This document shows, piece after piece, positions 30,949 to 41,947 of a stretch of 64,000 nt of DNA. Origin of the DNA: an uncultured delta proteobacterium (GTDB lineage: Bacteria; Myxococcota; Kuafuiibacteriia; Kuafuiibacteriales; Kuafuiibacteriaceae). The notes under the pieces were generated by a model. It saw nothing but the letters and a program-made list of their open reading frames with translations. It did no database searches and was not told where the DNA came from. The position numbers and the translations under genes were made by a program. Positions within the stretch are counted from its first letter, which is position 1; the number at the start of each line of letters is the position of its first letter. The stretch is taken from assembly GCA_963803435.1 (NCBI GenBank), contig CAWDML010000006.1, positions 1 to 64,000 on the forward strand, in the 5' to 3' direction.

Positions 30949-31629
30949 ATGTTCGACGACTGGACGGAGTGGCATCGACACTACTCCGACGCCTCCCTGA
31001 CCCAACGGCTCCAGCTGACGCACGAGCAGCTGCGGGGGGCGCTGGCCGATGCACCCGTCGACTCGGACGAGGTCGTGCGGTTGGTGAGCGTCTGCGCCGG
31101 AGAGGGACGCGACGTGCTCCCGGTGCTGGCGAGCCACGCCGTCGAGCGGAGGGTGCGGGGCCTCCTGTTGGAGCAGGATCAGACCGTCGCGGCGAGGGCC
31201 GAGAGCACGATCGCAAGCCTGAAGCTGAGGGACGTGGAGGTGAGGATCGCGGATGCCGGCTCGCTCGACACGTTCGCGAAGATCGGCCCGGTCGATCTCC
31301 TGGTCGCGAGCGGCGTGTTCGGCAACATCACGATGGCCGACACCCGTCGCACCGTGGCTGCGCTGCCCGGGCTGCTCGCACCGAGAGGCGTGGTCGTGTG
31401 GACCCGATCGCGGCGCGCTGAAGGCCACGATCGCAGCGCCGAGGTTCAGAGCTACTTTCTGGAGCACGGCTTCACGGAGCTCTCCTCCGCCATCACCCGG
31501 GATGGATCGTTCCGCGTCGCCGTCCATCGGCTGGGAGCCGCGACGAGCGTTCGCAGCCGGCCCTCGGGCCGTCGCATGTTCTCGTTCCGGACCGACGATC
31601 CCAAACCTACCGGAACCAATCTGTCCTGA
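30949..31629 (+). CDS. Class I SAM-dependent methyltransferase
   Basis: VSVCAGEGRD, ADAG, GVFGNI, VVWTR. Confidence 0.82.
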   Translation: MFDDWTEWHRHYSDASLTQRLQLTHEQLRGALADAPVDSDEVVRLVSVCAGEGRDVLPVLASHAVERRVRGLLLEQDQTVAARAESTIASLKLRDVEVRIADAGSLDTFAKIGPVDLLVASGVFGNITMADTRRTVAALPGLLAPRGVVVWTRSRRAEGHDRSAEVQSYFLEHGFTELSSAITRDGSFRVAVHRLGAATSVRSRPSGRRMFSFRTDDPKPTGTNLS

Positions 31630-31686
31630 TCTCCGTGCCTCCCTGTTGGAAACGGATCGTGGAAGGCCTTCAAACGGTTCGCCGTC

Positions 31687-32697
31687 CTAGCGGGCCGTCT
31701 GCCCGTCGGACTCGAAGAACTGAGGGATGTCTTCGTACTCCGGCATCTGCCGGTTGCGCATCCGCTCGAACAGATACTCGAGGACGGCGTCGAAGAGCAG
31801 GTTGGGCATACGATGCCCGGTCCCGATGAGGTCGTCCCGATACCGCTCGAGCGCCTCCATCCAGTCCCGGTGCGCCTGTACCAGCGGATCATCGCAAGGC
31901 CACTTGCGGTAGATCTCCGTTCGAGCCCTCGAGAACTTCGACGGGGCGACACGCTGCGCGCTCGCCACCAGACCGGGAATGGCGGCTACCTGGTGGTAGA
32001 CCGACGTGATGCGGTCGATCATCGTCACGCGATACTGCAGCGCGATCACCAGGGCGAGCCAGAGGTCCCAGTCCTCGCAGACCTCCAGCGACTCGTCGAA
32101 CCGCACGCTCGTCGAGCGGAAGCTCCGGACGATCACCGAACCCGTGTGCAAGAAGTTTGCGACCAGCAACCCGCGCGAGTCGTACGGATAGGCCTTGAGC
32201 CGGAACCCCTTCAGGCTGGAGGGCGGCTCGCCTATTCGCCGATCGGAGACGATCGAGCCCAGATAGACGAAGTCGGCCTCTCCTCCCTCCAGCGCTCGGA
32301 CGCCCGCATCCAGGTGCCCTGGGAGGAACAGGTCGTCGTCGTCGAGGAACGCGATGTACGTTCCGGCGGCCTCATCGATCCCGACGTTGCGAGCGACAGC
32401 GGGGCCGCGACCGCCGTTGAGCTCGATGAACCTGATCTCCAGCTGGTCGTCGTTCCCGCGCGGACGCCCTCCGCGCTGCCGATGCCGCCGTTTTCGAAGG
32501 AGCGAGTCCTCGAACGGAGCGCCGTCGTTGACGACGATGACCTCGACCGTACCGTCGAGCTCCTGCTCGGCCACGCTCGTCAGCGCCTCTTCGAGGAGCG
32601 CGGGTCAATCGCGCGTCGGAATGATGACGCTGACCAACGGCCCGCCCGCCCGTCGAAGGGCGCCGGCGGTCATCTCGCTGGACTCCTGAAGCACCAT
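31687..32697 (-). CDS. Glycosyltransferase family 2 (frameshift ~32605)
   Basis: LVSVIIPTR, VVNDG, ARNVG, IAFLDDDD, EDWDLW. Confidence 0.88.
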
Positions 32698-32699
32698 GG

Positions 32700-33353
32700 C
32701 TAGCCCCCGCCGAGGTCGAACTGGGCCTCCACGCGGCGGTAGAGCTCATCCTCGGTGACCGAGGTATCGACGCGGATCAGCGGAAGGCCCGCCTGTTCGC
32801 ACTCTCTCTCGAGGCGTTCCGTGAACATCCCATCGCGCACGAGCAGGTTGTGCAGGGCTCGCTCGGGATCGTGCGTCTTGTTGGGGATGCCCCAGAGCGT
32901 CCCCCGGCTCTCGAACGCCGCACGGCGGAACTCGGGCGTCGGGATCAGCCAGACAGCCTGGTTCGGCCGCTCGAGCAGGGGGTGAAGAAGCCTCGGCAGC
33001 AACCGGAAACCTTCCACGACCACGCTCGGCTGCTCGGGAAGCGCGAGGAGATCCTCCACGATGAGATGGAAGCCTTCACCCCGGAACCAGTGGAACGTCT
33101 CGAGCATGACCTCGGGCGACCGGTTCACCCAGCGCTCGTCCATGTCCATCGCACCGAAGGCGCGGAGGTGCGGCGCGTTCTCCGAGGTGACGCGCTGGCC
33201 GTGGTCGCGCATCGCGTCGTCCGTCGAATAGAGATGCAGGCCGCGCTGCTCGGCCAGGCGAGCGGCGATGGTCGACTTCCCACCTCCGCTCCCGCCACCG
33301 ATCCAGTAGACGTGCCTCAGACGGCTCCGGAGGGCGGCGGCGTCGATGTTCAC
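32700..33353 (-). CDS. P-loop kinase-like protein
   Basis: WIGGGSGGGKSTIA, VVVEG; GTGA overlap with GT4 stop. Confidence 0.8.
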   Translation of the reverse strand: MNIDAAALRSRLRHVYWIGGGSGGGKSTIAARLAEQRGLHLYSTDDAMRDHGQRVTSENAPHLRAFGAMDMDERWVNRSPEVMLETFHWFRGEGFHLIVEDLLALPEQPSVVVEGFRLLPRLLHPLLERPNQAVWLIPTPEFRRAAFESRGTLWGIPNKTHDPERALHNLLVRDGMFTERLERECEQAGLPLIRVDTSVTEDELYRRVEAQFDLGGG

Positions 33354-34510
33354 CTCGATGTTCGATCCACTCGACGACAATTCATCGAATCGTACAGGGA
33401 TGCGTAGCGCCGGGCTATGTTCACCCAATCAAAATCTCGGATCGCCGTCTCACCGAAGGCCGGGAGCGTCGCGTCCAGCCCAGCGGCGATCTTCGAGGCG
33501 AGCGCAGCGACGTCGTATGGTTCCACCGAAGGGACCGAGGGGAACCTCCGCAAGATCTCCGGGACCTGATCGGTCACGATCAGCGGGCAGCGGCAAGCGA
33601 TCGCCTCCAGCGCCACCATGCAGAACGTCTCCAGCTTGTTCGACGGCACCACCATGACGTCCGCCGAACGGTAGTAGAGCGGCAGATCGTTGTGGGGGAC
33701 GAAGGGGAGAAACGTGGTCGCGGCCGCGATCCCGAGCTCTTCGGTCATGCGCGAGAGCTTCTCCCGGAGCGGTCCATCGCCGACGATCAGGAGCCGAGCC
33801 CGCCCGGGATCTTGCGACGCAAAGGCCGAGAGCAGGCTCTCGACGTTCTTGTCCGGCGCGAGGCGCCCGACGTACAGCACGAGGCCGCGCTCTTTGGGAA
33901 GGGCCAGTCGACGCCGGGCCTCGGCGCGGTCTCCCGGCGTGAAGTGCTCGAGATCGATGCCGGGCGGGATGACCTCAGCCGGAGGCAGACCGACCGCCGA
34001 GAGCTCCTCGGCCTGCGCCTCGCCGATGGCGACGACGGCGACCCGCTCTCTCATCCGCCTCCAGCGTCGCTCGGCAGCCGCTGGATCCTGCGGCTGCCAT
34101 CGGCCCAGCCGGCCCCAGTGCGTCACCACGAGCGGCCCCTGAAACCGATCCAACAACGACTCGCAGTCCTGGAGACCTTGGACGTGAACGACGTCGGACG
34201 AGCGGATGGCCGGCATCCTCGAGACCGCTTCGAGCCAGCCGCGGCGTCGCAGCCCCTTCCCCACTCGGCGCAGGCGCTCCGGACCGCGGGCGAAGAGCCG
34301 GTCGAGCCACAACGGCCACGAGAAGAACGTCGTGGTCACGCCGTCGAGACCTTCGAGGTACGGCATCCGGGGACCGCCCGCGAAGAGCTCGACGCCGACC
34401 CCGATGCGCGCGAGCGCCCGCGCCAGCTGGACCATCCCAATCTGTCCACCTGGAACGCCCGAGCCGCCGGGGACGCCGGCCTGGCTGCGCATGGTCAAGA
34501 CGACGTTCAT
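33350..34510 (-). CDS. Glycosyltransferase family 4
   Basis: IPPGID, YVGRLAPDKNV, ETFCMVALEAIAC. Confidence 0.9.
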   Translation of the reverse strand: MNVVLTMRSQAGVPGGSGVPGGQIGMVQLARALARIGVGVELFAGGPRMPYLEGLDGVTTTFFSWPLWLDRLFARGPERLRRVGKGLRRRGWLEAVSRMPAIRSSDVVHVQGLQDCESLLDRFQGPLVVTHWGRLGRWQPQDPAAAERRWRRMRERVAVVAIGEAQAEELSAVGLPPAEVIPPGIDLEHFTPGDRAEARRRLALPKERGLVLYVGRLAPDKNVESLLSAFASQDPGRARLLIVGDGPLREKLSRMTEELGIAAATTFLPFVPHNDLPLYYRSADVMVVPSNKLETFCMVALEAIACRCPLIVTDQVPEILRRFPSVPSVEPYDVAALASKIAAGLDATLPAFGETAIRDFDWVNIARRYASLYDSMNCRRVDRTSR

Positions 34511-35721
34511 CGCGGCTCTCGGCGCCCGTGTCTCTCGGCCCGCAGTCGAGCGGCGAGGCCGGGTTCGACGGCCGACATGCGATAAATCGAGACGCGCCCC
34601 CGATCCTCGCCGAACACCTCGGCGGGCAGCTCAATCCGCCAGACGATCTCGCCCTCTCAATCCAGCTCGAACGCGGCGCCGGCCGTGGAGTTCGTGACCA
34701 GCAGGTGGCCGTTCGCCAGCCGCTCGCAGCCGCCGGCCAGCGGACAGAAGAACGACTCCGGCGGGCTCGCGGTCCAGGCCCACACCGTCTCGCGCGTGGC
34801 TGGGTTCACCACCAGCAGGCGCGTACGCTCGAAGCCGGCGCCGTTGTCGTAGACGAGGATGTTTCCGTCCGGCAAGAGCGAGGGCTGGTGCGGACCCGAG
34901 AGCTCGCGAGGCCCCCACCACCAGCGCACGGAGCGATGGATCAGATCGACGATCGCGATGGTGTGGAGCTCTCGCATGCAGACCAGTGCACACCCGGGCC
35001 CGAAGCCCTGCCCGCGCTCGTCGAGCAGCTCGAGCGTGTTCGTGTGCATGGCATCGCACGGGGACCCTGGTAGATCGCGAAGCCGCCGGAGCGTTCGGCG
35101 TCGATCCCCCACCTCCTCCGCGGTCTCGAGGATGAAGCGCGTCTCCTCCACGACCTGGGGCGGCACCGCCATGGAGGCCGGCCAACCGCAGTGCGCGAAC
35201 CCCTCGCGTTTGCGCGCGATCGTCTCGTCGATCCCGACCCGCAGCGCAGCGTCCGTTCGCAGGAGATCGTAGAGCGACACCTCGCCCGTGATCGCGCCCG
35301 AGGCGTCGATCGAAGTGACGAGGTTGTCGAGGATCGTGGAGCCGACGTCGCCAACCTCGACGCGACGAGGAGCTTCACTCAGCACGTGGACACCGCCCGC
35401 AGGATCGATCGCGAGGTCGTGATGTGCCGCCACCTCGCACGACCATAGGAGCTCCGAGCTGGCGTCGAGCTTGAGCAGGGCCCGGAGCGGGACCACGGCG
35501 AAGAGGCTCCCGTCCGCGTCGACCTCCACGTGGTTCCAGCCGCGCAGGTAGCTCGGGGGGTCATCGGCAGCGCTGGGCTGCTCGGCGGAGTGGCCCCAGA
35601 GGTGAACGATCGCTCCGCTCCGATCGACGACGAAAGCCTTGGGGTGGGGATAGCAGGACGCGGGTGCGAACAGGAACCCGTAGGGTAGAACGCCCGCGGG
35701 CTCGACCCGCCGGCCGGTCAC
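34507..35721 (-). CDS. Arylsulfotransferase-like beta-propeller (frameshift near 34660)
   Basis: AHHDL, MHTN, GPHQPSLLPDGNILVYDNG, ERLANGHLLVT. Confidence 0.72.
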
Positions 35722-35769
35722 GTTGACGCTCCGCGGGGCAACTGATGTGCTGTTCGTCGAACCGCGATC

Positions 35770-36333
35770 ATGGATGGAACGCCGCTACCCCAGCTGATCA
35801 TCGTGAGCGGACGCCCAGGCTCCGGGAAGACGACCCTCGCACTCGCGCTGGCTCGAGCCCTGCCATGTCCAATGGTATCACGCGACGCGATCAAGGACGG
35901 CCTCTCGGAGACCTACCGGCACACCGGAGCAGCCGGCGCGGAGAGCGAGCTGACCGCGCGTACCTTCGACATCTTCTTCCGGTCGATCGAGCTGTTCGTC
36001 TCCGGCGGAGCGACCCTCGTCGCCGAAGCGGCGTTCCAGGACAAGCGCTGGCGTCATGGGCTGAACCGGGTGATCACGCCGGCCGCCCTCAAGATCGTGC
36101 ACTGCGAGGTCGACGCCGAGGTCGCCCGTGAGCGCGTCTACCAGCGCCGGCTCGAGGAGTTTCATACCCGGCCGTACGCCCCGGGTCGCCCCGAGTCGGC
36201 CGACCAGGTACCCCGGCCTTCGGTGCGCCTTTTCGAGCCGTTGTCGTTGCCGGTCCCAGCGTTGAGCGTCGACACCACCTCCCGGCGATACGCTCCACCG
36301 TTCGAGGAGATCGTCGCGTTCGCCCTGGCCTAG
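35770..36333 (+). CDS. P-loop kinase (AAA_33-like)
   Basis: IIVSGRPGSGKTTLA, SRDAIK, VAEAAF. Confidence 0.82.
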   Translation: MDGTPLPQLIIVSGRPGSGKTTLALALARALPCPMVSRDAIKDGLSETYRHTGAAGAESELTARTFDIFFRSIELFVSGGATLVAEAAFQDKRWRHGLNRVITPAALKIVHCEVDAEVARERVYQRRLEEFHTRPYAPGRPESADQVPRPSVRLFEPLSLPVPALSVDTTSRRYAPPFEEIVAFALA

Positions 36334-36406
36334 GCTTCGTGTAAGCGTCCGAAATTGTCGCCATTGGGATTCCGGTGATAAACCGATCGTCGGAGGATCG
36401 GACGAA

Positions 36407-37633
36407 ATGGCGGTGTCTGATCAGCTCCAGACCTCTCCGTACCTGACGATCGTCCTGCCCGGCTCACCCAGCCCGATCGTCTATGCGGTGGACGAGCTGG
36501 AACCGGTGCGCCCCGACGTCACGCCGCCCAGCGGTGCGGCGTTCGGCGTGATCGACCTGGGCCGGAGGGTCTCTTGGCATCACGATCCGTCGGCGCTCGA
36601 CGCGTTGCAGGCGGCAGCAGCGCGCGCCGTGGCGCGCGAGTCCTTGGTCTCCACGTACGGCACCGGAGTCGTCTCCGACCTCGTCTCCCGAGCGTGGCTG
36701 CAGCGTCCCGACGAGCTCTGCCAGGAGTACCAGGTCACGACCGCACAGATCGAGGTCACGGCTCATTGCAACTGGGGTTGCAAGTTCTGTCCGGTCTCTC
36801 TCGACCCGAAACCGTCGGCGACGATGCCGATGTCGCTGTTCGAGGAGATCATCGAGAAGATCTCGGTCCATGAGACGCTTCGGTTCGTCACGTTCCACTT
36901 CTACAACGAGCCGTCCCTCGACCGCTTCTTCGAGGAGCGGCTCACCGTGCTCCAGCGCTACGGGATCCGCCTGTATCTCTACACAAACGCCAGCGGGCTG
37001 AACGCCTCGAAGCTCGACGCCATCGAGCGCACCGGTGTGGTGGACGTTCTCGCGGTCAACCTGCCGGCGATCGAGAGAAGCGAGTTCATCGAGCTGAGCC
37101 AATCCAGCACGTATGAGCGGAGCGTGCAGAACCTCGAGGCGGCGATCGAGCGCGGCATCCCCGTGACGATCATGGTGAACGGTGCTCACGGCGACGTCGA
37201 CCGCCGCGTCGCCGAGCTGAGACTTCGCTACGAGCCGCTCGGCGCGAAGGTCGTCGCCACTCTGCTCTCCGATCGCGCCGGAGCGCTCGGCGGGATCTAT
37301 CACCAGGGCGTTCGGATCGAGGGCCCCCTCCGCGGCTGCTCCTGGCCGGTGAATCATCTCCACTTCTCGGTCAAAGGGGACCTCTTCCTCTGCTGCAACG
37401 ACTTCTTCCAGCGCGAGGTGTTCGGGAACATCGAGTCCGGCTCCGTCCACGAGCTCATGTCGAGCCGCCGAGCGATCGAGGTCCGCCAGCGCGTCTTCGG
37501 CGTCGCAGAGGCTTCGGCCGATCACGTGTGCCGCAGCTGCCACGATCAGCTGCTCGACTTTCCGCGGCGTCAGTTCCGGCCGCTCGCCAGCTTCCCGGTG
37601 GCGTCGAGCGACCGGTGTCGGAGCAGGCGGTGA
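36407..37633 (+). CDS. Radical SAM enzyme with SPASM/twitch domain
   Basis: CNWGCKFC, YNEP, C..P......GD..LCC.D, CRSC. Confidence 0.9.
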   Translation: MAVSDQLQTSPYLTIVLPGSPSPIVYAVDELEPVRPDVTPPSGAAFGVIDLGRRVSWHHDPSALDALQAAAARAVARESLVSTYGTGVVSDLVSRAWLQRPDELCQEYQVTTAQIEVTAHCNWGCKFCPVSLDPKPSATMPMSLFEEIIEKISVHETLRFVTFHFYNEPSLDRFFEERLTVLQRYGIRLYLYTNASGLNASKLDAIERTGVVDVLAVNLPAIERSEFIELSQSSTYERSVQNLEAAIERGIPVTIMVNGAHGDVDRRVAELRLRYEPLGAKVVATLLSDRAGALGGIYHQGVRIEGPLRGCSWPVNHLHFSVKGDLFLCCNDFFQREVFGNIESGSVHELMSSRRAIEVRQRVFGVAEASADHVCRSCHDQLLDFPRRQFRPLASFPVASSDRCRSRR

Positions 37634-37635
37634 CC

Positions 37636-38613
37636 ATGAGCGAGCTCGTTCGAGTCTGGTATGTGTCGGCGCAGCGGCTGTGCAACTTCCGCTGCTCGTA
37701 CTGCGTCTCCGTCGACGACTACGCCAAGAGCAACACCGAAGACTGGGCCGACGAGCAGGAGCGGCTTCGCTTTCAGCAGATCGTGCGCTGGATCGCCGCT
37801 CGGCCGTTCCAAGTGGGGGTCCGGCTCGCAACGCTGGGCGAACCGTTCGCCTCTCGCGTCTTTCTGACCGAGGCCGCCTGGCTGAGCGCTCGGCCGAACG
37901 TCGAGTACGTGGAGCTCCTCACGAACGGTTCGCTGCTCGACCGGCGCCTCTCACAGCTGGAGGCGGAGGGCGACCTCCGCAAGATCTCGCTCTGGATCAC
38001 CTACCACCCGGGCGAGATCCGCCTGTCGCGGTTCATCGCCAACGCCCGCCTCGCGCACGAGCGCTACGGCTGCTTCGTAGTGGTAAACGGCCTCCTCTTC
38101 CCGGACAACGAGGCCTCGATCATGAAGCTCAAGGCGGCAGTCGACGACGCGGGCCTGCGCTTCAACCTCGACCTCGGCTACGACCCCCTCACCCCCTCCG
38201 GAGCCCTCGGCACGCTGGGGGAGATGGTGCCGCTGTTCCGGCGCGGAGGCGACGGGATGGAGCGTGCGATCCGGCTCGGCGCCAACCCCGAGCTGCTCGA
38301 GCTCAACGTCTCGGCGCTGCGCAACCTCGACGATCGGCCCTGCCGCGCCGGTCACGACTACTTCTACATCGGCATCCGGGGCGACGCGTATCGTTGCTCT
38401 CGCTACCAAGCGCTCGGCCTCGAGCGCATCGGAAACGTCCTCGACGAGGGCTTCGAGCTTCGACTCAACGAGGCGCGATGGGCTCCCTGCCGAGCCGGCT
38501 TCGGCTGCGGCAACAAGGAGGACTTCCTGAACCTGCACGACGACCACGCCCGAGCGAGCGCTCCGAGCCTGGGCTGGTTGAGCAGACGGGAGAGCCAGAC
38601 GTCATGCGCATAG
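37636..38613 (+). CDS. Radical SAM enzyme with twitch-like domain
   Basis: CNFRCSYC, GEPF, TNGS, CRAG...GDAYRC. Confidence 0.88.
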   Translation: MSELVRVWYVSAQRLCNFRCSYCVSVDDYAKSNTEDWADEQERLRFQQIVRWIAARPFQVGVRLATLGEPFASRVFLTEAAWLSARPNVEYVELLTNGSLLDRRLSQLEAEGDLRKISLWITYHPGEIRLSRFIANARLAHERYGCFVVVNGLLFPDNEASIMKLKAAVDDAGLRFNLDLGYDPLTPSGALGTLGEMVPLFRRGGDGMERAIRLGANPELLELNVSALRNLDDRPCRAGHDYFYIGIRGDAYRCSRYQALGLERIGNVLDEGFELRLNEARWAPCRAGFGCGNKEDFLNLHDDHARASAPSLGWLSRRESQTSCA

Positions 38614-39344
38614 AGCAGCTCACCTGGCAGGAGTACGCGGAGGTGATCGCTCACCGGATCGTCGTGCTGCCCATCGGCGCCATCGACGCGCACGGCCCCC
38701 ATCTTCCGCTCTCCACGGACACCATCATCTCCTCGTACCTCGCGAAGGCGCTGGAGCGGCACCTCGACGTGCTGGTTCTGCCGGCCATCCCCTACGGGAG
38801 AAGGACGGACGCTCGGGCGGGCGGAGGACAGTTTCCGGGTGTGACGAACCTGAGGGCCTCGACGCTGATGAGCTTGGTGCTGGACGTGCTTCGCGCCTCC
38901 CATTGCCACGGGGCCCGGCGCTTCGTCCTCCTCGACTCTCACATGGCCAATCTCCAGACGGTTCACGAGGCGGCCGAGCTCTTCGTGGAGGACGCGCCCG
39001 ACGCTCGACTCATGGTGGTCAGCTGGTGGGACGTGGTCTCCGAGGAGAGCCGAAACGACATCGCTCGGGAGACCGGCGTCGGCCGGCACGAGGATCACCA
39101 CGCAGCCATGGTGGAGACGAGCTTGACCATGTACGCGGCGCCCGGAGCCGTTCGCACGGACCTGCTCCGCGACGACATCCCGCCCCGTCGTTCGCGCTAC
39201 ATGGTCATCCCGGCACCCGACGATCTGAGGACGACGAGCGGTGTGGTCTACCGTGCGAGCCGAGCCAGCCCGGAGATCGGAGAGCGACTGATGAAGGAGA
39301 TCGTCTCGAACCTGGTCGACGCCGTGAAGCTAGAGCTGGCGTGA
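38604..39344 (+). CDS. Creatininase-family amidohydrolase
   Basis: LPIGAIDAHGPHLPLSTD, DSHMAN, HAAMVETS. Confidence 0.88.
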   Translation: MRIEQLTWQEYAEVIAHRIVVLPIGAIDAHGPHLPLSTDTIISSYLAKALERHLDVLVLPAIPYGRRTDARAGGGQFPGVTNLRASTLMSLVLDVLRASHCHGARRFVLLDSHMANLQTVHEAAELFVEDAPDARLMVVSWWDVVSEESRNDIARETGVGRHEDHHAAMVETSLTMYAAPGAVRTDLLRDDIPPRRSRYMVIPAPDDLRTTSGVVYRASRASPEIGERLMKEIVSNLVDAVKLELA

Positions 39345-39352
39345 CCTCGAGG

Positions 39353-40204
39353 ATGAGCATGCAAGCGGTCATCACGGATCTCGACGGTACGGTGGTCGAC
39401 GAGGGGGGACGCATCAGCGCGAGGACGGTCGCCGCCATGGCGAGCCTCTCGAGCCGCGGGATCCCGTTGATCCTCGCCACCGCGCGCAGCCCCGCCTGGG
39501 TCATGGCGAAGGAGGAGCTGGTGCGCTGGACAACCGTGGCCGTCTGCTGCGGCGGCAGCGTGGTCTGGTCCCCGAAGGATCGACGGATTCTCCGGCGCGA
39601 GACGATCCCACGAGCGAAGGTCGAGAGCGTCGTGAACGTGGTGCGGGCCGTTCCGACGGCGGGCATCGCGACCTACGACGGAGACCGCTGGCGCGGTACC
39701 GCGATCTTTCACGAGCTCGGTCCTCGACGGCCTGGTCTGTTCGAGATCGTGGGCATCGAGACCCTGGAGCGAGCGACCGCGTGCGCGATCTCCATCTGGG
39801 CGCCTTCGCACGAGGCGCGCGCGGCGCTGTGGACCACGCTCTCCCAGATCGACACCCAGCGGCTGAGGATCTCCGGAGCCGGTGGCAACACCATCAATCT
39901 CGGCCCGACCGGGATCGACAAGGCCGTCGGTCTGCGGTGGGCGCTGGAGCGCGTGCGCGTGGAGCCGACGCTGACCATCGCGTTCGGAGACGGTCCGGCG
40001 GACCTTCCGATGTTCGCGCTCTGTGGACAGAGTGTTGCAGTCGCAAACGCGCATCCCGACGTGCTGGCGGCGGCAACCATCCGCGGACCGTGCGTGCACG
40101 AGGACTGCTTCGCCTCCACGCTGCGCGATCTCGGAGTCCTGGACTACGAGGAGGAGCAGGAGGAGCACGTGGCACCGGCCTGCTCGTGTCCACAGGTCGG
40201 TTGA
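39353..40204 (+). CDS. HAD (Cof-type) phosphatase
   Basis: DLDGT, ATARS, DKAVGL, AFGDGPADLPM. Confidence 0.88.
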   Translation: MSMQAVITDLDGTVVDEGGRISARTVAAMASLSSRGIPLILATARSPAWVMAKEELVRWTTVAVCCGGSVVWSPKDRRILRRETIPRAKVESVVNVVRAVPTAGIATYDGDRWRGTAIFHELGPRRPGLFEIVGIETLERATACAISIWAPSHEARAALWTTLSQIDTQRLRISGAGGNTINLGPTGIDKAVGLRWALERVRVEPTLTIAFGDGPADLPMFALCGQSVAVANAHPDVLAAATIRGPCVHEDCFASTLRDLGVLDYEEEQEEHVAPACSCPQVG

Positions 40205-40245
40205 TCGCCGAACCCACCTCGCCCATTCATCCGATAACGAGCACG

Positions 40246-41287
40246 ATGGCGGAGGTCAGAGCGCTCGGTGCACCGTCCATCACGGCCCTCCTCTCGTCGG
40301 ACGATCTCGGCGAGAGACCGACACCGCGTGGAAGCGGAGCGCGAGGGAGCATCGCTCTGGACACGTTCGCGCCGCGGTGGGCCGAGGAGGCCGCGCTGGA
40401 GCTGCGGTCGAACCGCCTGTTTCCCCGGCTCCACTGGACCCGATGCGAGGTCCCTGGTCGAGCCGCGCGGCTCGAGTTCTTCGCGCTCGACGACTATCTC
40501 GGAACCTTCTACCTCGACGGGCGGATCTACGAGGCCAACCTGCTCCAGTTCCTGTTCGAGAAGCTCCGCGGTCACGGACCGGAGATGCACCTGGTGAACG
40601 CGGGATGTAACGTCGGCATCCACGCCAAGTACGCCCGCGAGGTCTGTGGCGTCGGCCGCGTCACGGCCATCGAAGCAGAATCCGGCCATCGCCCAGATCG
40701 CGTCCAAGAACCTGCGGTGCAAGAGCTCGAAGGGTCAGGTCCAAGTCTTGAACCTCGCCGTGGGCGACGAGGAAGGGACCGTCGGGTTCCAGCGGAGCAG
40801 CGACAGCAACTCGGGCATCGGTCACGTCGACGACGACGGGGACATTCGCGTCCGAATGAGCACGCTCGACCGCTTGTTCGCCGACGAGAACGTAGACGTC
40901 ATGATCATCGACGTCGAGGGTCTCGGGGCGCAGGCGCTGGAAGGGGCGACGAAGATCATCGCTCGAGACCGGCCGGTCATCTTCATCGAAGCCGCCCGGA
41001 GCGGGGACTACGGCCGAGAGCTGCAGCGGGTGAACAAGGTGATGAAGGGCTGCGGATACGAACCGATGCCGACGAGCTTCGGATACCCCCGCGCGCCCGT
41101 CCGCCTGTACGTTCCCCCGGAGAAGCTCGAAGCCTGGCGACCGGAGCACGACTCCAGGCGGCGCAGCCTGCGGTGGGCGCTCCGCGTGGAGGAGGCGCTG
41201 CGCTACAACGCTCAGCTCGCACTCCATCGGTTGGGTCGCGGGCTCCTCGGCCCGCCTCGGCAGCACCGCCTGTGGCCCGAGGCCTGA
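40246..41287 (+). CDS. FkbM-family methyltransferase (frameshift ~40680)
   Basis: NAGCNVGIH, VTAIE, TLD, IDVEG, RPVIFIE. Confidence 0.78.
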
Positions 41288-41296
41288 CGAGCGAAG

Positions 41297-41938
41297 CTAC
41301 TGTTTGCGCATCATGGCGAACGGGAGATCGCTGTTGCCGACGAGCACGGTCATCTTCTCCGGCTTGTCCGCCAGAAAGTCGTCGCACGCCGTCTTGACGC
41401 CGGGGAGCTTGTCCCAGGCGCGCGGGGACCGCACCGGATCGGCATAGTCGTCGACGATCACGATCCCCTTGGGCGACAACCGTGGATAGACGTACTCCAG
41501 GCTGATCATGATCGAGTCGTAGAAGTCGCTGTCGAGGTACGCGAAGGCCACGCGCTCCGGAAACGAGGCGGGAAACGTCTCCTCGAACCATCCCTTGTGA
41601 ACACAGGGCGCTCTGAGCGAACGCCTGGTGAACTCGCTCAGGACATCATCGACGGTGGCCTTCAGCTCGCCCTTCTCGAAATGGCCGTCCTGGGCCCCGG
41701 GCGCCGGCAGGCCCTCGAAGCTGTCGTAGAGGTGCAGCTCGCGCGTCGGGTCGAAGTGGTCGATCAGGATCTGAAAGAAGGCGCTGGTCCTCCCTCCGTT
41801 ACAGCCGAGATCGACGATCGCGCCCGGGACCTCGTGGACCAGGACGGACGATACCGCCCAGTAGAGGTTCACCAGCCGCTCGACGCTGCACATATGCGGG
41901 TTCTGTGCCGCCAGCTCGTAGATGATCGTGGTGTCCAT
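41297..41938 (-). CDS. TylF/MycF/NovP-family sugar O-methyltransferase
   Basis: VPGAIVDLG, YDSFEGLP, KGWFEET, LDSDFYDS, IVDDY. Confidence 0.9.
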   Translation of the reverse strand: MDTTIIYELAAQNPHMCSVERLVNLYWAVSSVLVHEVPGAIVDLGCNGGRTSAFFQILIDHFDPTRELHLYDSFEGLPAPGAQDGHFEKGELKATVDDVLSEFTRRSLRAPCVHKGWFEETFPASFPERVAFAYLDSDFYDSIMISLEYVYPRLSPKGIVIVDDYADPVRSPRAWDKLPGVKTACDDFLADKPEKMTVLVGNSDLPFAMMRKQ

Positions 41939-41947
41939 GGGTCTCCT

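Noticed and set aside
36407-39344. Mycofactocin pathway (radical SAM plus creatininase)
   Set aside because: No MftA-like precursor ending in IDGxCGVY and no MftB/MftD seen
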